From Torpedo marmorata (lineage: Eukaryota): a DNA stretch of 64,000 nt. The translations under genes were made by a program, and so were the position numbers. How positions within the stretch are numbered: position 1 is the stretch's first letter; every line of letters begins with the position of its first letter. The stretch is taken from contig OZ360226.1 of the NCBI GenBank assembly GCA_977017645.1, forward strand, positions 29,078,001 through 29,142,000. The letters run 5' to 3'. The notes below the pieces were generated by a model. That model saw only the letters and a program-made list of their open reading frames with translations, was not told where the DNA came from and made no database searches. Of the stretch, positions 24,560 to 37,505 are shown piece by piece.

Positions 24560-25534
24560 TGTAACTTACTTTATAACACTTTTAAAAGTATTCTAAAAAC
24601 TTTTAGAGTTAATTAAAAGGGCTTCTTGATTTAATCTGTTGGGAGAGGTGTATTAGGTCAAACTTATCTTCATCTAAAAGAGCATTGGACAGCAATCCAC
24701 AGAAAGAAGTCAGCCCTACTGCTGTTCTATAAGCACGAGGAAAATGGAGCTAAATACACAGTAAACTTTTAAGTTGTCCTTAAGTTCATGACCAGTCAGG
24801 GCAAAGCAGCCAATCTGACTGGGTGCGTATTCACCACCTCAAACAATTAATTCCCTCTGGCTAGAGCACCATTTACAAGATGCACTGTAGCAACTTGACT
24901 GCTACTTCCCTTCTTCACCCCCAAAGCCTTCAACTTCTTTCACCTGGAAGGACACGCATAACAGATGCTATCATTCCCTTGTTATTTCATCCCATCTACT
25001 TCCTACATTCCTTCTTTCTGCCATTGCCCATTTTCCTTCTGTACATTCCTAAAACTTAGTAGATTCCTATTTTTTCCCAGTTGCTGTGACAGGTCATCAG
25101 CAAACATTAACTCTGCTTATCTCTCCACACTTGCTGATTGAGCTGTTGAGTATTTCCTGAGTTTCCTGATTTTATTCCATATACAGTATACCACCAATGC
25201 GTCATCTTACTTTTGAACTGAGTTTGTACTATGGCTAAACATTGTGATGTCATTTAGACTTCAAACATAAATCATAACATGATTCGCAATGTTGGCTGAG
25301 ATCCATAAATAATGACGTCTGTGCTAAAAATCCATATTTTTTTTCAAACTTGAATTGGGCTTATGTCTGTTGGAGATACGGTAATATACTATTGTGCTCT
25401 GCATCAAATTGACACAGAAATTTTGTCTTTTATCATATGTCATACTCACAAAATATCTTCAAGAGGGCTAATAATTATTATTTGAACTGTCAACTTAAAG
25501 AAAGCAACCAATCACATAGAAGCATTCAAACTTG

Positions 25535-26260
25535 GACAATAGGAGCAGGAGAAGGCCATTCAGTCCTTTGAGCCTGCTCCACCATTCAATACGATCATGG
25601 CTGATCATGTGACCTCAGTACCCTTTTCCTGTTTTCTCTCCATACCGCTTAAGGGCCACATCCAACTCCCTTTTGAATATATCTAATGATCTGGCCTCAA
25701 CAACTCCCTCTGGCAGGGTGTTCCACAAGTTCACAACTCTCTGAGTGAAGATGTTTCTCCTCATCTCAGTCCTAAATAACTTGCTTATCCTTAGATTGTG
25801 ACCCCTTGTTCTGGACTTCCCCAACATTGGGAACATTCTTCCTGCATCTAACCAGTCTCGTCCTTACAGAATGTTATATGTTTCAATAAGTTCCCCTTTC
25901 ATTCTTCTAAATTCCAATGAATTTCACCCTATATCCAGTCTTTCTTCATACATCAGTCCTGCCATCCCAGGAATCAGTCTGGTGACCCTTTGGTATTCCC
26001 TCAATGGCAAGAATGTCCTTCCTCAAATTTGGAGATCAAATCTGTACACACTACTCAAGATGTGGCCTCACCATGGCCCAATACAACTGTCATAAGACCT
26101 CCCTACTTTCAAAACCTCTCGCTATAAAGGCCAACATGGCATTTGTTTTCATCACCGCCTGCTGTGCTTGCGTTCCACCCTTCAATGACTGAAGCACCGT
26201 GACACCCAGGTCTTTTACACCTTCTATTTTCCTAATTTGTCACCATGCAGCTAATAAATA
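25535..26260 (-). mobile_element. CR1 LINE 3' portion
   Basis: ORF 25615..25836 MFPMLGKSRTRGHNLRI..FTQRVVNLWNTLP; 3' UTR GGAGCAGGAGAAGGCCATTCAG..GAGCCTGCTCCACCATTCAAT. Confidence 0.85.
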
Positions 26261-26325
26261 AAAAGCATTGTGCAGAAGGAGGCCATTCGGCCCAGATGTT
26301 ACCTACTAGCATTCATTCTACTCCT

Positions 26326-28228
26326 TTTATTTTTAAAATATTTTTATTGAGTGTAACATATAAACTTGTATACAAAAAATTTTGGAGAACACATAACAAG
26401 TCATCTCATATACATACAAATACAAAAAAAAAACAGATGGAACTATGTTGACCAGTTCCTGAATCCACGTGAGAGACAAGTTATGAATATACTATAAAAA
26501 TCATGTTGAAACCCATATTACAAATTATTCAAACTAAAAAAAATGATATGAAAAGAAAAAAAAAAGGACCAAACAAAAAAAAACTAAAAACTAAATCTAA
26601 TCTATCCCCTCCCTCTAATCAAGGTTACCTTTGTAAGAAAAAGGAAAAAAATGGATCAGATAACGACCTCCAGACATCGGACAGAGGATCCTCGGAACAT
26701 TCAAAATTCTTAATTCTTCCAATCATCACAGTATTCTATTCTTTAGAAATTGAAACTTTCTATCTTTGATATTGTATCTAATTTTCTCCAAGCTCAAATA
26801 GAACATTACATCCTGTAACCACTGTGTATGGGTAGGTGAAGATTCATCTTTCCATTTCAATAAAATTGCTTGTCTGGCTATCAACGTGGAAAAAGCTAAG
26901 ACTTTCTCCTGAGATACAGACAGAGGTATATCTGGTTCACGTGAAAAACCAAACAAAGCAATTATCGGACATGGTTCTATTTTAATCTTGAAAATCATTG
27001 ATAAAGTTTGGAAAATATCTTTCCAAAATCTCTCGAAATTTGGGCATTCCCAAAACATATGAATCAGTGAAGCTTCAAAAATTTTACACTTCTCATATAG
27101 TGGATCAATATCTGCATAAAAACGAGATAATTTAAGTTTGGACATATGGATTCTATGTACCACCTTAAATTGTAATAAGCAATGCGTTAATCAAGCTAAG
27201 AGTAAAATACCAATCTTCATCTGAAAATGTTATTTTCAAATCATGTTCCTAATCGTTCTTAATCCCAGCCATAGAGGCTGATCTTATATCCAATAAATCA
27301 TTATAAATTCATGATGTTAATCCACGATGAAAAAAAAACCGTAAGTTAAAAAGTGAATCGAGGATATCAGTAATTAAGGTTCGAGGAAAATCAGAAAGCT
27401 GGGACTGAACAAAATGTCTAATTTGTAAATATCTAAAAAAAATGTCTGTTAGAAAGATTAAATTTAGCTCCTAGTTGTTCAAAAGAGGCAAAGTTATCTT
27501 GAATAAAAAGATCGTTATAACTATGAATACCCAATCTATACCATTCCTTAAATCCTACATCCAGCACAGACAGCTGAAAAAGGTGATTATCTATAATGGG
27601 ACGAGCCAGAGAAAAACTATTGAGACAAAAAAAATTTCTAAATTAAGCCCATATTCTCAACCTATTTCTCAATAATGGATTATGAGTCAATTTGGAAAAG
27701 GAAAATGGTAAAAAAAGATCCCAAAATTGCCAGCATAGATTTTTTTTTTAATACCTCAGTTCCATTTCCACCCAAGAGGGGCGATTCACTAACTTATCAA
27801 AATGTAATAATAAAAGCAAATTACAAATATTAATCGCCCAATAATAAAATCTAAAATCTGGAAGTGATAACCCTCCGTTCCTTTTAATCTTTTGAAGATG
27901 AGCTTTATTTATACGTGGTTGTTTTCCCTGCCATATGTAAGAAGAAATGACCGAGTCTAATGAACTAAAAAAGGCTTTAGGAATAAAAATTGTATAAAAT
28001 CTTCATATCAACATTAAGTCGTGAAATGGGTCTATAAGATGTACATTCTGTTGGTTCTTTCCCTTTTTTAAGAATAAGGGATATACTGACCTCATTAAAT
28101 GATGAGGGAAGCTTCTGATCATTAAATGAGTCACCCAATACCACACTCAAGTGAGGTACAAGTGATTTGGAGAAAGATTTATAAAATTCTACATGATAAC
28201 CGTCTGGTCCTGGAGATTTACCAGACTG
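26326..28228 (-). mobile_element. L1/Tx1 LINE, 5'-truncated, with the RT core internally deleted
   Basis: GKSPGPDGYHVEFYK..YRPISRLNVDMKIL joined to IFIPKAFFSSLD; CKI..HMFWEC; 19-bp TSD TAGCATTCATTCTACTCCT at 26307-26325 and 28229-28247. Confidence 0.9.
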
Positions 28229-28260
28229 TAGCATTCATTCTACTCCTAAATATAGAAGAC

Positions 28261-28712
28261 GGCGGTGCTGCTGGCGACTCGAGGCGAGGAACCCACGGAG
28301 GCTGTGGGCTGCTGGAGTCTGCTGTCAGGAGACTCGTGCTGGGCTGCGGACTGCTGGAGACTGGCTCGAACTGGCTGAAGGGGTACCAGGTATCGGAACC
28401 GGGATGCGAGGGGGTGCCGAAGGCGCTGAAGGGTTCCTGACCGTGTCGGAGGTTCTGATCTGGAGCTCGGGTTGCCAATGGTTTGGACTGGACTCTGTGT
28501 GGCTGCAGAGGCTGCGGGAGCGCTGGAGGCGAATCTACGGACACTGGGTGACTCTGGGGGGACTCTCTTTTGCTTCTCTTTCTCTGACTGTCAGAGGCGC
28601 TTCAGGCAATTTCTGCCTATGGCGAATCTGTCTGCCTTGCAGCAGGCAAAAGGAATTTCGTGTAATATGACACTGTTTTATTGCATGACAATAAATTGAA
28701 TCTTGAATCTTA
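28261..28712 (+). mobile_element. GC-rich non-autonomous retroelement (SINE-like) with Rex1-type 3' tail, copy 2
   Basis: Aligns with 4542-4972; ends ATGACAATAAATTGAATCTTGAATCTT. Confidence 0.75.
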
Positions 28713-31700
28713 AATCTCTTCCCATTTTTATTCACCTTCTCACTCCCTATTGTTGCTTGCTCTTCTCCCCAAATGTTTCTGTGCTTCTCTCCCATATCTT
28801 CTGTGGCAGCGAGTTCCACTTTAGCAACTAATTATCCTTAACCAACAATACCAGTTATCTCAAATTTTACCGAGGAGGTTAGAAACGATACAACTGATCT
28901 AAACAAACAAAAACGGTCCCATTTAGGTTTTATTGATCCGCTGATCACTCGAAAACTGATTACACTATAAACATAGAACATTAATATTTTTAACGGCTGA
29001 GCATTCCTCTTGCTGCACGTCTTTAACCGTCACCATAGGTGAAAGGAGAGTTTTTGAAATCTGGGATGGGGGTGGGAGGGAAGAGGAAGCCTCAAACCAG
29101 CAAGCCACTCTAGTTTTTGTGCTCTTTTTTAATCCCCGTCAGTTTTGTTTCCGTTCTTTCGTTGTGTTAAAGTCTGGTGCCCTGGACACCCCCGATGCCT
29201 TCGGCGTTTGGCCAGCCATTCAGTTTTGTCCCGTATAAAATAAAATTCTGTTTCATACTGAACTCGAAAGAGGGCTCGAGATTAACTTGTAGCTCTAAGG
29301 TAGATCAGTCTGTTCTGAAGTATTGAATATCACACTCAAACAACATTGTCCAAACGTATTGGATTGAAACTAACACATTAAATCATGTGGTTTCGGTATG
29401 AATAAATCCTCTCGCATTGTTAGCAACAGAAATACTGTATTAGGTTTTATTATCAAAACTGTTTTTATTGCAGAATACATTTGACTTAAACCTCTGGTCA
29501 TTCTCCAAAGTTGAAAGATATAATTATAAAATTCATATAAAATGAACTGGGGGCTAGGAATAGAATTGCAATACTGTATTTGTTCCCCAGCAGTGATGAA
29601 AGATGGTGAAAGCAGCAATTCGTGTTTCGTTCATATGGAAGATGCCTTATTGGGTCTTGTCGTATTAAAATATTATTTGCAGCAGCACACCAGGTTAGCT
29701 TTACCAATTCAAGTTAGACAATGTAATATAATAAGACCAGGTCATGTTTTTTCTTTATAGATCAGAGTTGGCATGCGAAAGAAAATAAAGTAGAGGTATA
29801 ACATATGATTTACTGTACATTTCTCGAACGAACTTGTAACACCGCTTTGAATGTACCTTGTATCATTCATTTTGGGGAAAAATAGAGCCTCGTAGATCCT
29901 GATCGTAGACAAGCAAGATGAAAAAGTCGTCTACAAAGGAATTAGGCGCTCTTGATGAAGTCGACACTGTGAGTTTGCCTTGTTTCTAAAGCAAAGAAAA
30001 CACGTCATACGCACACCTTCCCAGTCTATTTTTGGCCCGGGGTTTTTCCAAGAGCAATCATCAAATACAATGAATGTTCGGCCAGAGAATGTCCGAGACA
30101 TTACTGGAAATAATCGCCACACAAAGCAGCTGAGCAGGGATTGCTACTGAAGTCTGTCACTTGGAATGGCAGAGTTCGGCCACTTAAATCTCTGTGGACT
30201 GTTTGGCACAAAACACCACCACTTATGAACAAAAAAAAAAGTGCAAATTCTCACACAGACCATTAAAATACAGACCTGTTCAGCGAGGTAACTTCGGCTA
30301 AATTTAGAAAACAATCTCGCTTATTTTTTTCAAATATTAAGGATAGCTATTCTGAAATGACAATGGCATTAAAACGTGTATTTATGTCCTTAAAAGAGTG
30401 AACATTAAGGTACCAAATCCTCTGAAATTTATTTTTCACGGATCTCCAGTAAAGATATTAACCAACCACTTCACCAGATTAACGTTCGGTTTGTGAGGCT
30501 AGTGCTCATTACAGAAAAAAAAAATGCATAAGGGATTTTTGCTCTCCAGAATATACTGTATCTGCAATGCGTTCCTTTCCAAAAATATGTTTGATTTTTG
30601 CTGTGGATAACCGAAGCTAGCCCTCGTTGATAACCATTTATTTTCTGTCTTTGAAGATTTTAAGACTAACGGCCCTACCACATTCCAAAACAGAAACAAC
30701 TTAAAAAGATAAGAAAATGGAAAGATTGGAATTATGGATTTACAGTGTCAAGAAGTGGGAGCAAAAAACGAGCGAACTTTTACAACTCCCACAGAGTCAA
30801 TGGATTAAACTCACTGCTCCTCTTAATATTGATGATCTGATTTCAATCCGAATAAAATAAAAGATCGTTCTTCAAACTGTCACGCAAATATACCAGTTGT
30901 CGTATGAATATATAATATTAAGTAAAACTGTTATTGTTCTAAAATGCACTGATTTTTTTTCAACGAACGGTTTATATCGCGCGTAGTCAAAGGAAACCTA
31001 ATGTTTCGCTTTACATTGTGTTAAGGAGATTAGAATAGAAATATCGGTATATTATTACAGAAAATTGTTTTAATCTGCAATTCTTTTTGTAAATGAATAT
31101 ATCGTGTTGAATTTATAACCACAACGCGGCTATCATTATAAGCTTAGTGGGCTCCCGGGACTGGTCTTAAATTTTTAATTCTCTAATGCCAGAATGCGTT
31201 CAGGATCCTTGTGTCAGAATAGGCAAAGATAAACTTCTAGATTGTGGTTTACATTTTTATCTGATTTCGTGACGCAGCACTCACGAAAAAGACTGTCTGG
31301 AAATGGGATCCCCAGCTTGCAGTGGAAATTCTGGTTTGATGCGTTTCACTCCTTTTCCCTGCGACTTAGGCGAGGAGAGGCTGTGAAAGATTTCAGCCCG
31401 AAACTGACAATTCAGACGAGCGCGCTATTATTAAATTCGAGTGCACCAAAGGGCTAGGACCCAGTAATTCAATGTCAAGTTCATTTGCAATTTTCCATTT
31501 TCAAGCTTTGCAACTTGAGTGGATCGAGAAAAAATGCTGATTTGTAATTTGTGCTAATTGAATAACCACACTTAAGTCTGATTAAGAACAAGGTACAACG
31601 TGCTGGCTATTCAAAAAGTATTATTAATTACAAAATACTTTTATCAATTTCTATTATTTTTACACGTGCTTATTAGTCATTCTTATTAGTTATTCTTAGA

Positions 31701-32367
31701 GAATCAGTTATGAACGCAGCAAATATAATTGCCGTAAAAGTGTATAAAGAAGACGAAGGTGTGGAAAGAATGTGAAATGTTCGAATCTGTGACAAAGTTG
31801 CTTACCTTCAAAACACCGCGCCATAGCCAATGTATGTAAATATCTTTATGTAAAGGAAATAGACGTATGTAAAGGAATATCTACAATGTCAAAAATTATA
31901 AATCTATCTGTGCACGGGTTATATCTTTTGTTGTCACAGCAACCTGTCCCTCCATATAACAAAACATATATAACAAAACAGTCAAATGTCTGGAATGACA
32001 TAGAAATCCTGGGTTAGTTTCTGTGCACCCGACACGTTGAATTGGTGTCAATTGCTGAACAGTTTGGGTCCAACCGTGAAGTTTAAAAATATGTTGTTCA
32101 CTATTAGAACTAGAAAAAGATATATAAGAAATCGGAATCATGCTCTACAGCGGATTGTTCAACGCTTATTAATGTTTGGATAATTAAACCTGCTCTGACA
32201 TTTTTTTTAAAAAATCGACAGGTTTCGTCTCTCATTCATATCGAATAATATAGCTTTTTTGCGTTCACTTTCTATCCAGTATCAATATCATAACAGCTTG
32301 TGTCAGGAGTGAGCAGATAGTTGGACACGGTAAGGGGTTGGCCTTTGACTCCTACTGTAGTTGTCAA

Positions 32368-32392
32368 ATCATCATCATCATCATCATCATCA
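32368..32392. repeat. (ATC)8 microsatellite
   Basis: Seen directly. Confidence 0.9.
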
Positions 32393-35300
32393 CTATCTAT
32401 CCCATCAACATTTACTCTGGCCGATTTTCATCTCTTCTTTTCCGCAGCTCGTGTCAGCGGGAGTTTATTTTTATTCCTTTTCAAGATCGAGTGATGTTCT
32501 TAAGTCACATTATCGACTCAGAGTAATAGATTTTTCCCCGACGAATCTATGTCACATTTTAATTAACGAGTGGCGATTGCATAATAGATTAGTCAAAGAG
32601 ATTAATTTATTTTCCAAGGAAAATAATTTGTACGCTAACGAACACAAGCTTGTTATTATTTTAATTGGTGGAACTTCAGTAACCAAATTACGCTCACCCT
32701 CATACTTTGATCGACGTAAGTACATAGTAAGCCATTAATGTAAAACAGAATTAACCTTCGCTAATCCTGTAATAAATGCATTCATTAGCTTCTTATTAAT
32801 TTTACTCATGGGTAAATACGTGGAAAAGTCGAAATACTAATAAAGTTTATAATTTAAATTTAAATATTTTCCCTCTAAGCTAGTAAGGACGCCAGTGAAG
32901 TGAGTATTAATGTTATATTCAGCGTCATGACATTCATTACTGCACACCACCAATATGACATTTTATAGATTAGTATCTCGTCAATCGCTACAGTTGAATT
33001 TAATAGTGCCCACATATAATTAGTTTATTCTTTACAAATTTCTTTCTAATATAAGTAAGTGTTGTTCTGTAATTATATATACCAATGTGCGTGTGAGCAA
33101 GAGATTTACAATGTGAACTTTTCCCTACATAGAATAAATAATTCTCTCTGGTCTGATGTGGCTGCTTTGCACAGGTGATGAAATCAGTTGCAGTTGACAA
33201 TTCAGGGAGACTCCAGATTACTTGCAGCCTTTTCTCCCCTTTGCTGAACTTTTATGCAACACCATCGCAACTTTACAATATGAAATTATGCTTCCACGGT
33301 GAATAGTGGCGTTCCTATTCTTAGGTATTATCCCATTTGACGGACATAAAAAGATTGTATTGGACAACAAAACTTAATCGATAGTTAGAAAATAACACTC
33401 TAAATTGTGTTCATTGGCTCTTGAAAAATACAAAAATGTGGAAGATATTTTCCCAAAATATAGATTTGTTAAGCATGTTTCAGTCTTTGAAATACCGGCT
33501 TTGAATCTACAGTATACCTCAAGCTGATTCATTGTGGAATGCAGATATATCTAACCGCAAGCTACAAGCAACACCATTTCAACCCACCTCATCAATTGTG
33601 TCTCTTAATGTAATGTTAACCTAGTATTGTTAATCATTAATAGCAGGGTCAATTGAATTATTTCTTAAAATTGCCTTATAACTTGGAAACGTACCATAAA
33701 ATCTGCCGATTTGAGAGCTACAATTGAATGTTTATTAGGGTGGCTTTATAATTTATGAGCTGCCATTTCGATTGACAGGAACTCGACATATTCCTCTGTA
33801 ATTATCAATACCGCAGTCTCTCTGCCCTCAGGTGGGTCTCTATCTGTAATTTATAGACCATTTAATGATCTTTTTATAAGATTATATCGCAACGGCTGTT
33901 TCAGTGTTATCATCACTCTGGTAACATTGAACTGTTAGAGCCATACAAGGCATTTCAGAAACATTTGTCCGTGGGAAGCACTGATTATCCGACTTCAAAA
34001 TCTACTTCCTCCCCAAGCCTTTCTATCTTCTGCATATTTAAACGATAAGTTATTTCACCGATAAACATGTCCCGTTTCAAATTAACTCTCTTGAATTTGA
34101 AAACCATTTGAATTTCCGCAACTTTTTGAGGTGTGACGTTGAAGATATCACATTAACAGTCGCTTTTTGAATTTCTCAATTTGTGTTAGGGATATCCGTC
34201 TCCACTTTTAGACAAAAGTTGTTATTAGATATGGAAGGAACCCGAGCAAAAGGGTACACGCATCTTCCAGCGAGTTGATCTTGATATTCATTTGGTGGTA
34301 TTGGGGGGGAAATATTTAGTTCGCAATTTTGCCTCCGAACTAACCCGCACTGGAGCTACACCATTCGCTTACTAACGGAAGCGCAATCACTGTTGCAGAA
34401 ACACATTGTGCAGAAAAATAAGAGGAGCGGTCAGACGGAACACCTCTATTTGAACGTGTGACATGCGACTCCCACACAAAAAAAAATGAACGAGAGGTAA
34501 AGTCAAGTTCAAGTATCTCCAACCAAAAACTTGCTTGGTCTGCTTTACCCAAGCAAGTTCTCCTTTACTTTCCGTCCCAAATCCACCAGGTCAAGTGTCG
34601 GTCCTCTCAAAGAATGAAGCCCCTTGTTTTATTGTGGTTTTTCAGACCTGCAGAAGCGGTGTTGGAACTTGACTTGCCTCGGCGCTCCCTGCCCGCTGAC
34701 AACCCGCCTCGCCGGCCGCAAGAGAGAATACTGGCTTGTGTGTGTTTTTGCGATTGTGCTTATGCCAAGGGCAGAGCGGAAGATGGCCGTGTTTGGACTT
34801 ACATTGCTTCGACCATCGAACGGTCACCAAACTGATCGCGTAAGGAATGACCACGAGAGTGTAGTGTTTCGGCGCGAACTGTACGCTTGTGTGGATTAAA
34901 ACTGAAACGAGGATGTTTCCACTTTTTTATATATAATTAGCCGCTCCAAAACTCGTGGTTCCGTTATAAACTGCTCAATTGTTCTGTTCGAATTCGAATG
35001 CGCAATGAAATAAATACCATATTTTCTCTCAGACGAAATAACAAGTAACAGATGCGGCGTTTAATCAGATTTTTATAGCGAATACGGAACCTCCCCCATG
35101 CCAGTAACCTAAACTGGAATCTGAGCCCATTCCTAACCGTCAGCCAACATGGAAACTCAAAACACTTCTTCCACGTGTCTGGTTTTGTAACTGGGCGATA
35201 ATGAATTCCACGTCTATTTCCATGCAATTGTGAACAATCTTATGTTTTAACAATTCCATATGCAGGAGCTAATTAACAGTGACTACACCCCTCCCCCGCC

Positions 35301-35765
35301 ATCCCACTCTCTCTTGCAATTATAAACGAATCCCAACATTTTACCGCGTTTGACATTACTATTTAACTTGTTTTCAATACCCACGTTTAAACTAAGACAA
35401 CCGCCCCAAAACAAAAATATCTGATAAACTGTTAAACTGCCAATTTCGGCTGTGCAAAAAATGTGCCTGAATATTTTCTCCAATGGATACGATTTAAATA
35501 AAACAAAACGATGATGAAAACTAAATCAGCCTCAAATATTGAAGGCGTTCTAACTAAACCAGTCAGAGACCCATTCTGTGTATTTGCACGCACTTTAAGG
35601 AAACGATTGGTAGTGACAACCTCCCCAAACCGATTAGATATGATATTGAACAGCGTACATAAAAGTGACTGAGCTGATTCCAGCAAATGTGAGGTTGACC
35701 AAAAGCAGCGAGGAATTAACAGGACCTAAAATAACAACGATATCAGCGAATACACCTGAACACGT

Positions 35766-35771
35766 TTTATT
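35766..35771 (-). terminator. Candidate Zic2 polyadenylation signal
   Basis: AATAAA on the minus strand about 840 nt after the stop, followed by a GU-rich stretch (CGTGTTCAGGTGTATT..GTTGTTATTTT). Confidence 0.55.
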
Positions 35772-36610
35772 ATACCTTTGTATGCTGGTAATGATCTCAA
35801 GACATCGCACAAGGAGAGGGAAACGTTGCTTTATCTAGAAATTAAAACGAGAACAATCTGAACAATCTGATGTTTAACACAATTGTACATATTTATAGTT
35901 AAGAAACATTCTTTATAAATATTGTTTCATCTGCAGCAGGTTAATACCATAATTTAATTACAACTGGGATAAATATGGTAACGCGGCTATTTACAGAATG
36001 GGCATTGTTGTTACAAATATTAACAACACGACTTTCTCACAATCTTTCAATAGTATTCCACAATTTAAACTTGCAAAGCACGAAACATCACAAGATAAAA
36101 ACTCAGCTAACGGAAGAAATACATTCACAAGCAATTAATCGTGTTCTGTATGTTATTTGTGATCTGTTAAGTGACTTTGGCACAGTTTCCATTCTATATG
36201 ATTGGATGAAGATTTTACAATCAGTCTCCCTGAACTTTCAGCATTAAAATACAACGAGGAAATCGTTCTCTGTCCTTTGCGCTTCCACTTTATCCAATCT
36301 GGGAAGCTAGGTCATCTCAAGAAGAAATCCCAAGGTATAGTTGAATGAATACTCAGTCAACAAGGAACACGGATCCAGATCAGCTGATCGGCAGGCAACG
36401 TTTCCTTTGCACAAAGTTCTAAAAGTAACCGGTGAGACATAAATCACATTTGATCTTCATTTCTGCAAAATCACTGGAACTCTGTATTGCTGGTATGTGG
36501 TGCTTATTTCGTTCTCAGTCTTCTTTTAACGTAGACTGCAGAGAGAGCTGTTTGATCTATTTTCAAGTTTAGAGACATAGGTGAAGATTCGGGGCCTTTG
36601 GTCTTTTTCT

Positions 36611-36796
36611 TTACACGTACCATTCATTGAAGTTGGAAGAGATGCCGGCGTTGGTATGCACGGCAGTGGAGGCGGGGGATAAAGTATTGCTGTTTGGGGG
36701 TTCGGCAGACGGTGAAACTAGGACTGGTGGAGTCGACGATTCGTAACCAGAACTGGCTGCCGGTGAAGAATCAGAAGCTTGAGATGATTCATGGAC
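36611..36796 (-). CDS. ZIC2: Zinc finger protein ZIC2, exon 3 (VHESS...SSNFNEWYV*)
   Basis: Acceptor ttctctcgcgcag|GTC; [15 protein letters not shown] and terminal NFNEWYV; stop TAA at 36613-36611. Confidence 0.95.
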   Translation of the reverse strand, partial: VHESSQASDSSPAASSGYESSTPPVLVSPSAEPPNSNTLSPASTAVHTNAGISSNFNEWYV

Positions 36797-36873
36797 CTGC
36801 GCGAGAGAAATAAAATTAGTGCTTTCCGAAGAGCAATTGCAAACCTTGACAACCAACATCATTGTTGTGCTTA

Positions 36874-37155
<282 letters not shown>

Positions 37156-37334
37156 TCACCAAGATCGCCATATTCCTCGCAATGGAAAGCACTTGGATTA
37201 TTTTTTTTTAAAACACACACTGTCGATATTTATGCTCTGCCCTGACATTGGTAATTACCAGCAAGATACGCCTAAAACATTTCAAATGAAGCATCCTGAA
37301 TTAGAAATGCTATGTATGGAGATGCGCTGGACAA

Positions 37335-37505
37335 AAATGAAGATAAACAAGAAAAGCTGCAGATGCTGGGGTCTAGTGCAGAACACAAAAGTGCTCGAGA
37401 AAGTGCAGGTCACGCAGCATCCAGGGGAAGTAAAAATCAGTCGAGGTTTAGGATCTGAGCCTTTCTTCAGGAGTGCCGAAAATCAGGCAGGCGCTCGAAT
37501 AATGA
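37335..37505 (-). mobile_element. Degenerate Penelope pLTR in Zic2 intron 1
   Basis: Reverse strand CCTGAAGAAAGGCTCAGATCCTAAACCTCGAC..GATGCTGCGTGACCTGC..CCAGCATCTGCAG. Confidence 0.65.

Larger units (their letters stand above)
18843..24653 (-). mobile_element. Full-length L1/Tx1-clade LINE (about 5.8 kb), nearly intact
   Basis: ORF1 24559-23158 with one frameshift; ORF2 22884-19105 (APE, RT with FADD, C-terminal CCHC) with two frameshifts; A-rich tail; 17-bp TSD TAGGTCAAACTTATCTT at 18826-18842 and 24654-24670. Confidence 0.95.

Noticed and set aside
32361-32738. Poly-His ORF resembling Zic His tracts
   Set aside because: It comes from an (ATC)n microsatellite, has a TTG start and shows no Zic similarity
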